From: Neoechinorhynchus agilis
Lineage: Eukaryota > Animalia > Acanthocephala
DNA: 64,000 bases
Assembly (NCBI GenBank): GCA_051530055.1
Contig: CM121342.1
Span: 6,802,864-6,866,863 of the forward strand
Reading direction: 5' to 3'
Positions 55,560 through 64,000 of the stretch are shown here, piece after piece. Every line of letters starts with the position of its first letter. Position 1 is the first letter of the stretch. Below the pieces are notes generated by a model. That model saw only the letters and a list, made by a program, of their open reading frames with translations, was not told the origin of the DNA and made no database searches. The position numbers and the translations under genes are program-made.

Positions 55560-57206
55560 GTTATTGCTTCCGCCAGTTCATCACCAACAGTTCAACGCCG
55601 TGTGTGATTTTTAAGTGCGATATTACAAATGCCTTCAATTCCATTCACCGTACCGCTCTGTTTGAGGCACTCAAAAGTCACGCACCAGAAGCTTTTCCTT
55701 ATTTTCTCAACGCACACGGCACCCCAACTCCCTTGCTGTTCAACGGCAACCTCATTTGGCCCGAAAGAGGAGTGCAGCAGAGAGATCCTCTCGGTCAAAT
55801 CGCATTCTCCCTAACAGTGAATTCAATAGCGCCCTCTCTCCAGTTTTAACGCTTGGCACCTGGATGACGCTACGCTCAGAGGTGATCCCTCCGCAGTAAT
55901 GCGCGATCTGGAGACATTCGTAAGGGAGACGGTGAGATTGGACTTTGAGCTTAATGAAGGGAAATGTGAATTGTTCGTAATGAACATCGAAGACGAGTCA
56001 GCGTAGAGCGAAATCGTCAAAGGTTTTAGAAATCTGACACCCGGTTTAGAATTGATCACTCTTGACCGGCTGCGTCTTCTAGGGAACTGCGTTTTTGATT
56101 CTAACGTGAAAAATGAAATCGACCATCTACTCCCGAGAACACCACGATGCTGTGCGATAAAGTCCGGGAACTTTCGTCACACGAGGCTCTATTCCGGATC
56201 AAGGATACCCTCTTCATCCCGAAACTACTTTATAAACTGCGTACGGCTTCCTTCTTCAAGCACGCCGATAAGTTAAAGAAACTCGATGACATTGTGAAGG
56301 CGTGTTTCAAGCACATTTTAAATATCCAGCTATCAGACGAGGCCTAGCAACAAGCTTCATTGCCTGTATCGTCCGGTGGCTTGGGTATTCGAAAAGCAGT
56401 AGATGTGTCGTTGCCCGCGTTTTTAGGATCATTCGGAGGGAGTCGGGATCTTGTAAAACGTATATTGGGACCCAAGTTCTGTTTAGCGGACGAATTTCTA
56501 GTAGCGGTCCAGGAATGGTGGGAGAAGACGGGTTAAAACCAAGTTCCCATGAATGGCCTAAAGCAGTCTATCTGAGATAAACCTTTAGTCGCCCGAGCTA
56601 GGCTCTCGCGACGAAGTCGACCGGACTAGATTGCTGGCAGTCTCTACAAGAGAATCGAGAGCATGGTTAGAAGCCCTACCCATTGCATCCATGGGAACAC
56701 TCCTCGTAGACGAAGCAGTTCGGATCGGAGTTTCCCTCAGTTTAGAACTACGGATTTGTGTCGAACATCGTTGCCAGTGTGGAATGATCGTGGATCCACT
56801 GAGGAGACATGGTCTTGTTTGCAACAAATCAGGGGGTCGTTTCTCACGGAATGCTGAATTGAACGACGTAATTTCGCGTGCTCTAAATATGGTGAACATC
56901 CCAAACATTTTAGAGCCAAGAAACCTGTGCAGGCCAGATGGTCGTCGTCCGGATGGCGTTACCGAATTCCCGTGGCGAGAAGGCAAATGTCTTCTCTGGG
57001 ACGTGGATACCCTTGGTGCGCTCGGTAGTTCGGCACTTAGATTTACGAAGGAGTTATCGAGTAGACTCCCGGCCAAGACAGGAAATACAAGAGCCGATGC
57101 CTTCCTGCGCCAAAACATTGGTCTCGCGTTTCAAAGAGGAAACGCAGCGAGGGTGGTCGTGACCACTGAGGGGAGAGCGATGCATCTTCTTCGTGGACGG
57201 TGGTGA
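55560..57206 (+). mobile_element. Decayed CRE-like non-LTR retrotransposon (RT + CCHC + REL)
   Basis: DITNAFNSIHR, GVQQRDPLG, WHLDD; CQC..H..C; RPDGVT.FPW..GK.LLWD; ends QRGNA. Confidence 0.85.
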
Positions 57207-58664
57207 TTGTTGAAACGCTTTGTTGTTGTGCGCGTAAATGAAAGAGCTGCTTTCAAAAAAAACTATTACAGTTTGTTCTTAGTTTTTGAGCAGCATTTTT
57301 CATATTTTTTCGACGCATTTAACGCCATCCTCCAACGGCGACTTCTAAGTCTAATTTCGGTATCGACACATCACTGCATTTTAATCGGTGTTCATTTTGC
57401 TATGGAAATAACAAATTTTATTAGCAAAAATTTAAGGATGAATTTATAAAATCAGAAACCACCACATATATTACGTACTTGCAGTTAAAATTAATTTTTC
57501 TTTATTATAACATCATAATTCTAAAATCATTAAAAATCGAAAAGATTCCCCGGCTTACCTAGTGACCTCGGTATATTACAATCCTTGCCAATAAAGCTAT
57601 TTAGATATCGCATCCAGCGCTCGCTCTCGTCCTCAACGTCCTCTCTCGTGAACGTCTACTCTCTGCTCAAATCAATGAACAGTGAACGACAATCGGCCTA
57701 GTATTCTACTCTTTGATGTTGCACTAAAGATGTGCTTTGGACGAGTAACTGAAACTCTGAAAGGTTCATTAATTAAGACGATGAACACAGTTAAGGATAT
57801 ATTAGCGGCGGCTATTCAGTTCGAAATTGAAGTTCTTAAAAGTGAACAGTTGGTCAAAGTCAAAAGGTGCAAAGGGAAAAAGCTAACGGTCCAATGAGGT
57901 GGACAAAGGTTTCAAATGGGAATTCTAAGAAACAAACTAAAGGATTACAGAAATCAGCTAGTGAACCTTCCGCGAAGGAGAATACGGTTTTGGTAGATTC
58001 CGTCATTGTGGCAAGCTCAAACGAAGATTCGTTGGAAACGTTTGGTGTTGGTACCACCCTCAAGAGGATATTGAGTCTGTAGTACTTAATGATTCTAAAA
58101 TTTCTGTGGAGGAGTCTAATATTATGACAAGGATTGAAGGTAACGATAGGAAAAAAGAAAGCGATCCAGTTGAAGTAATTACTCAGAAAGCTACGGTCGA
58201 ACAAAAGGTCCAAGTAACTACTGAACTGCTAGAAACAAGAGCAAAAGGGGGAACTTCATTAACACCAATCAACCCTCCGATTCATTTCGGTAATGATACT
58301 CTTTTTCCACCACTACCATCATCCCCCTGTTACAGATTCTGTCGCCGCTTATGCACACAACCGCCACCAAATCCTACGTATCGGTCAACTACCTTTCCCT
58401 GACATTCACTCTACTATTCCTTCCTCCGTGAACTGTTATGGGCATTCCCTCCAAATATCCCTTTAACGCGAGACCACGTCTCCTCAAAGTAACTTTTATT
58501 TCACCATTCGTAGCCTCCCTCTTTCATAGCAAGAGACAAACTCCTTACTTCTCAACTTTCTTTTCGTATCTATCAGCTTAAGAACTCATCACAAAATCTT
58601 TCCACCGGCCCTCCAAACTCAAGCCAGAACTATTCTTCCCACAGGAAGGGGAGGGTCTCAGTTC

Positions 58665-59250
58665 ACGTACGGCAATCGCTACCATACTATTTATCTCGCA
58701 TAGATTCTCTACAAAACACAGATTTGAGAAATGCCCTTAGAGAAATCACCAGTGCTGGCGTCTATCGTCCTGCTGCCTCTCGCCCTGAGTCCTCTTTTCT
58801 CCAACTTGATTCTATGATGGAGCTCACAAACTCACACCATTTCTTAATTGCAGGGGAATTCAATAAACTATTTCCTCTTTCGCCCTTCTCCGAGTTGCGT
58901 CAACTTATTGACTTCCCAACTCGTCTTGATGTTCACCTCGACAAAGTCTTCTACAATATCGATGCCTGCTAATCCGACTAAATTCCTTCCCTTGCGAACT
59001 CTGACCACTTTTCTGCCCTTATTACTCCCGCCACCCATCTTCAGCGTATAAAATTTCCCCGTTTACCCGTCTATGATAAACGTGATCATCACATCCACAA
59101 TTTTATAAAATTGTTCAATTCTATGATTTACACATTCCGCTCTGACAACACAAATGACTTTTTCTTGGCCATGTCCTCCCTAACTTCAATCACAAAATAT
59201 TCTCTAACTTCGACAATTTCCCAGAAATTCATGTGCGCCACTTTCAGAAC
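58665..59250 (+). mobile_element. CR1/L2-like APE fragment, inverted near-identical copy of 24740-25330
   Basis: The ORF-track peptides at 58724/58848 are identical to those at 25015/24936. Confidence 0.8.
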
Positions 59251-60495
59251 TTTGTACATTCAATTATGTTTCATCCGAACATGTTTATGTGTTCTATATA
59301 ATTGTTTGGTTAACATTTTCTTGAAGTAAAAAACTGTATGAACCATAAATATATCAAGTAAGTAGACTGTAAATTTGTAAATGTCGATACCTTTAAATCA
59401 TCAATTTACTGTCACTTTATGCATCTTCTCGATACACTGAAAGTGTCTAATAGTAGTGGTTGATGTGCTTACGGAAACAGCGTTTATCTAAATTATAAAA
59501 TAATGTATTCACGTTCCCTTGATTTGGACATATCAAAAATACATAAATATGTGCTATAAAACGTTTCTCATTGTAATACAATGCTATTAACGCAGTTCAT
59601 CAATTCACTATGTGAAGCACGGGACTCTAAATGTATCCCGGACGAAGCCGAGTATAATAACACGTTTTTTGTTGAAAAATACAAAGAAGGAAGAGGAGGA
59701 CCCATGCACTTTTGGGTCCTCACAAGCAATCAAGTTCACGATTGTTCAAAAAAGCGTTTCCGTAGGATGGAAATATCCAGTCGAGGGATGTCCGTTCTGG
59801 CGGTAATATCTGGTCGGAGGGATGTCCATTCGGTTGGGACCATCCAGTCGGGGGAGGTTCGTTCGGGTGAGAATGTGTCCGTTCGTTTGAGAATATCGGG
59901 TTGGGAGGTCCGTTCTGGTGGGAATTCGTATTTATTGCTTGCAGGAGCGCTTTCAAGGTTGGTCGTTCCTCTGGTTCATTTCAAGTTCTGATATCCGAGA
60001 AGATTGGGCAGCATGGAAAAAGGAGCGTAGATATAGGGAGGTGCGGGTCAAGAGAGGATGAAACGGATTAGGATTACAAGTATTGTGCTCGTGTGAAAAC
60101 GGGAATAAAATGAGGTAGAAATTGTGATGGTCTCGTTGATAGGTATTTTGATTCTTTTATGGAAATAGCATCAATGCATTCGGTGAGAGAGGGGAAAGTC
60201 AGATGCGCAAGTTTTAGAGGCTCTTTGGTGAAACATTTTAAGATGACAGATTTGAGATTTGGAAACGTTGCAAAATATGGGATAACCGCAGGTGAGGGAA
60301 GGTAAAATAAAGCAGAAGTAAAATTTGTAGAGATCGGGTGAAGGGATTCCTAAATGTCGGAGGCGTTTGAGAAGATAAATTTTAAAGGTGTTGTGCTCGA
60401 GGGAGAGAAGCCAGTTTATGATAAAACACCAAGAGTTACAATCTAAAGAAATTCTTTTATGTCATTAAAACGTTTTAATAATTAAATCTTACAAT

Positions 60496-62558
60496 TCAGT
60501 AATAAAAGATTGCTTCAATTTTCATTCCTTGGACGACTATCTTCCCCAGTGATCTCATCATTGCGAAGTGTTCAATATTAAAGTTTTGTACTTGATTGTT
60601 CGAAACATTCAAGAAAACGAGATTTGGCATTTTTAGATCATAAAGACTTCCTGGTATGCTTCTAAGTTTGTTATCAGCCAGATTAAAAAATATAAGATTT
60701 TCCAATCCATCGAACGCATCAACTGGAATTGTACTGAGGTTGTTTTGACTGAGATCGATAGCTTCCAAATGGCTAGCCGCTTCAAAAGATTTTGATTTTA
60801 TTTTGGTGATGATATTTGATTGAAGACTTAAATATTTAAGATTGACTAGACCCGAAAAATCGGTTGGTTCGAGCATAGTTATTTGGTTATCAGTCAAGTC
60901 GAGTGAAATTAAAATATTGATCGTTAGCCATATGTCTATTTCTCTGAAGGTTGTCAGATTTTTGTTTGTTAGCGATATAACCTTCGTAGCGTTTTGACCA
61001 TAGATCTTCAGCGCGGTCAAAATTGATTGAGGGACGTATTCCGAATAAAGGCCGAAGTTCGCGAGAGTCTTGTAACTTTTTGTTCTGCAGAAGGTTACTG
61101 TGGATATTTTATTTAACCATAAAGCGACGTATGCAATCGAATGTGTTGGAGAATTTCTTGCAATCAAATCTCGAATTCGATTTCCAGACAAATCGACGTA
61201 TTGGAGGTTCCCTGTATTCCGAAAAAGATTGTGATGAATATGATATAATTGGTTGTAACTAATCGAGAAGATTTTCAGTAGACGATTATTCCTTAAACTG
61301 CCCGAGCTGATCGTCTTTATTTGATTATAATCAAGAAATATCTCTCTCAATCTCCTTAACTTTGAAAATGCGTTTTTGTGGAAGCCCTTAATTCTATTGT
61401 GCGGAAGATGGAGTTTTGTAAGACTTGTCCAGTCGTCGAAATCATTTTCGTGGATGAATGTTACTTGATTATACGCTAACGAAAATTTCTTTATATTTTC
61501 CTTCGTTTGTTGGTTTCCAGCAGGAATCGATTCTAATTGATTTCTCGTTATCTCAAGATTTTCAAGTTGAGGTGCTGGAGCTAACATATTAATGTCAAAC
61601 GCTTTAGCCGATCCATTTGTAAAGATAAATTCATATAGTTTGGAATATTGGTCTTTACGACTAAATAAATCGGTGGCATTTGCAAGATAGGTAATATGGA
61701 GATAACGAAGATTTTTAAACGATTCCATTTTGTATACGGATTTAATTGGATTACCAACTATGTGCAATTTTTTAAGATAGTAAAAATAGCCGGAGCGCGA
61801 CGAACCTAAATGATCTATCAAATTATAACTTAAATCCAATAGTTTCAGGTATCGTAGTCTGCAAATAACATCTATACTTTCACTTGTTAGCATATTGTTT
61901 GATAAACGGAGTATCTTCAATAACGGTAATTGCAGTGGGAATTTTGCCGGAATTACTGATATGCTGTTGAAACTCAAACTTAGTCGAACAAGACTCATAA
62001 ATTCTTTAAAAGCGTCTTCATCAATCTTAACAATTCCAGCTCTCTTTATATTTAACTCTTTTACACGTTTGAGTTTAAAAAGTAAAGAATTGCTCAGTAC
62101 TGACGATCTGTATGATTGTTCGGATTCATGAATGACAGTTTTTTTTAGTCTACAGACTTCAATTTAATTGTTAATTTCGCTCATCTTTACATTCACCACC
62201 TCCCACCAAATTCCAGCTTTTGTCCTTCCTCGACCGTCGCCATCACGCTGGCAGCATTGCCCCGTTGTACTGCCAGCGAGTACGACTTGAGGAAATAACA
62301 AAACGAAATTTCTAGGAATATCTTTAAGATCGACATTATCAAATTCAAAATTTTCTTGATTTCGTTGAGCAGATCGTAATAAATAAATAATCGATTCCAT
62401 TCTCCCAACAGCATCATTTTCGTAGCATCGTATTCCAAAGACTAAAATCGGATCGGATTGCGTTATCTCGCATTTCGGTTCTATTCCATGCTGTTCCAAT
62501 GAAACAAGACTTAGTTGAATTATTAATAATAGCATATTTAAGGGAAGCACGAGAACAT
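60496..62558 (-). pseudogene. LRR copy C, disrupted by a CRE 3'-end insertion and a 1-nt deletion after the ancestral ATG
   Basis: ORFs 62164-62661 and 60496-61998 together give a full LRR paralog. The insertion at 62139-62280 carries an in-frame stop. A new in-frame ATG appears at 62535. Confidence 0.8.
62139..62280 (-). mobile_element. Severely 5'-truncated CRE-like insertion with A8 tail
   Basis: Encodes LAVQRGNAASVMATVEEGQKLEFGGRW* (cf. LAFQRGNAARVVVTTEGRAMHLLRGRW* at 57206), followed by a short 3' UTR and AAAAAAAA. Confidence 0.8.
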
Positions 62559-62824
62559 TGCGGTTGAACGGCGACGAAAAATCGAGATAACTCGGGTACA
62601 TTTTTACATTTGCATGAGTAACAGTTGGCTTGAAATATTTCAAAACTGAATGTACAAGCAACGCAACGTTCTTTTGAGTGACATTTAGTAATCCATAATT
62701 GGAGGTTTTGGTCAGTAAAAAAAGATATTTTGAGGTGTGGTCTTAGTAAAGGACTTCTCCGTGTGGTCGTTTTGACTGTAAATCTCAGACCCTAATATAT
62801 AATGATTTTCAATGATGATATCAT

Positions 62825-63035
62825 TTAGTGTCGCCGCTAAATTAGTGACCCCGACGAGACGGGACTGGTCAGTGTCCTGGCCAGGCTACTCCTCAAATAC
62901 CAGGCCATCATCACCCCAGGGTTCAACTCGGCTGCTCGACATCAGGCCCAGCACCACATAGTGACACGCAGCCATCATTGCTCAACTCAACAAGGAGCAG
63001 CGCTCCTCATGGTCACCGATGCTTCGGAACTGACT
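62825..63035 (+). mobile_element. Short Gypsy fragment (CsRn1-like)
   Basis: LLLKYQAIITPGFNSAARHQAQHHIVT, then LMVTDAS (RNase H start), with deletions. Confidence 0.5.
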
Positions 63036-63039
63036 TAAA

Positions 63040-64000
63040 ATAAATTCCGGATTTCGTTTATTTGTGCCAAAAGGATTTTTGAATGCCAGACAAAAATTAA
63101 CTTCATTGAACGAAAATGCAATCGATGCAAAGTCGTTGTTAGTCGAATCCGATACCGTCGAAATGATCTTTACTATTTTAATTCCTGTGCGATTATCGAA
63201 GGCTTTTTGGATGCAAAAACAAATTCAGCCGTTGAAACTAAAAAAGCGGTGATGCGAACAGGAGATCTTAAATGTTCTCCAATTAAGCAACGGCAAACAT
63301 TCCATAGAAGGCCCTCCAACTATCTCTTCTTATCATGTAGATTGGATAGTCCTTCCCTTTTGAACATGCTCCAAAGAAGTTCAAGTTCCTCGGTGAGGAA
63401 ATCTTGGTTGGAGCAATCCTGGCCATTTTATACTTAGTGGTTATCATTGTGATGAATGAAGGGCAATTTCAGTCGGTATACACAGTGGTTGCAAACTCGG
63501 CTCCTTGTAGAGTAATCAAAACGTAAAAAAGGGGATCGTATTGTCAATCGCCGAATGGACGATCAATTGAATGTTGCTGTGCTTTGAATTAGACATGAGA
63601 CAGAACTTTTCCGTCTCTATGGACTTTTCGATTAAGATAAAAGTATTATCAACGTATCTCTGCCAGAATTTGGCATACTGTGGTAGGCTGGAAACTTACT
63701 TAGCCTCCCAATCGCGCAGGACAATCCATCTACTTGATCATAGCTTTTTGCCTTCGAAGTTGAAATTCGTGTTCCTCGCGCATGCGTTGAAGTATAGGAA
63801 TCGCAAGAATGATCGCTGAGTCCAATGGCACCTTTGTGAATAGGGTCTTGACATTAACAAAAACCATTGTATATTCTTCATTTTACGTGTGCCTTCAATC
63901 CCGCAAATTATTCCTCATATCCACCGGGGTCGTCCAACTTCATGATACTTTAATTCTTAATTTGATTAAGATCATTCATCGTTAAAATCAGTCGTTGAAT
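63040..64000 (-). repeat. Inverted copy of 5356-6345 (Penelope remnant + GATA fragment upstream of LRR-A)
   Basis: Reverse-complement identity that runs off the window end. With LRR-C it forms a ~3.5-kb inverted arm of 5356-8770. Confidence 0.9.

Noticed and set aside
57600-58660. Possible decayed LINE ORF1 or gene
   Set aside because: Only short broken frames with no motif I can identify.
59760-59930. ORF 59581-59991 with G-rich short repeats (GTCCGTTCTGG-like; similar at 23185-23260)
   Set aside because: A degenerate minisatellite-like tract with no recognisable protein family.

Overview
This is AT-rich eukaryotic (animal) DNA. I saw no rRNA, tRNA or CRISPR array. The window has two compartments. 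(1) A compact single-copy housekeeping island at ~31.9-38.7 kb holds NASP, SEC63, one unresolved small gene and an RSF1-like PHD gene. It has very short intergenic spacers and splice-acceptor-like sites just upstream of ATGs, which suggests operons with SL trans-splicing. Ordinary GT-AG introns sit next to three introns of 48-55 nt that SEC63/RSF1 homology requires but that lack GT-AG ends. All three are bounded by a duplicated TA and fold into RNA hairpins. This matches what has been reported for the larvacean tunicate Fritillaria, so a fritillarid-like source is inferred, not proven. (2) A rearranged amplicon region surrounds the island. It contains direct and inverted copies of three intronless gene families: a highly divergent TBP/TRF2-like factor (2 copies), a protein with five GATA-like C-x2-C-x16-C-x2-C fingers (2 intact, several broken), and a secreted LRR protein (2 intact, 1 disrupted, several fragments). 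LRR variation concentrates on the predicted ligand-binding face. These genes are interleaved with decayed Gypsy, CR1/L2-like, CRE-like, RTE-like and Penelope-like retroelements, foldback MITEs, and one young, apparently full-length LINE with a perfect 10-bp TSD. Family assignments come from motif recognition by eye, not from database searches.
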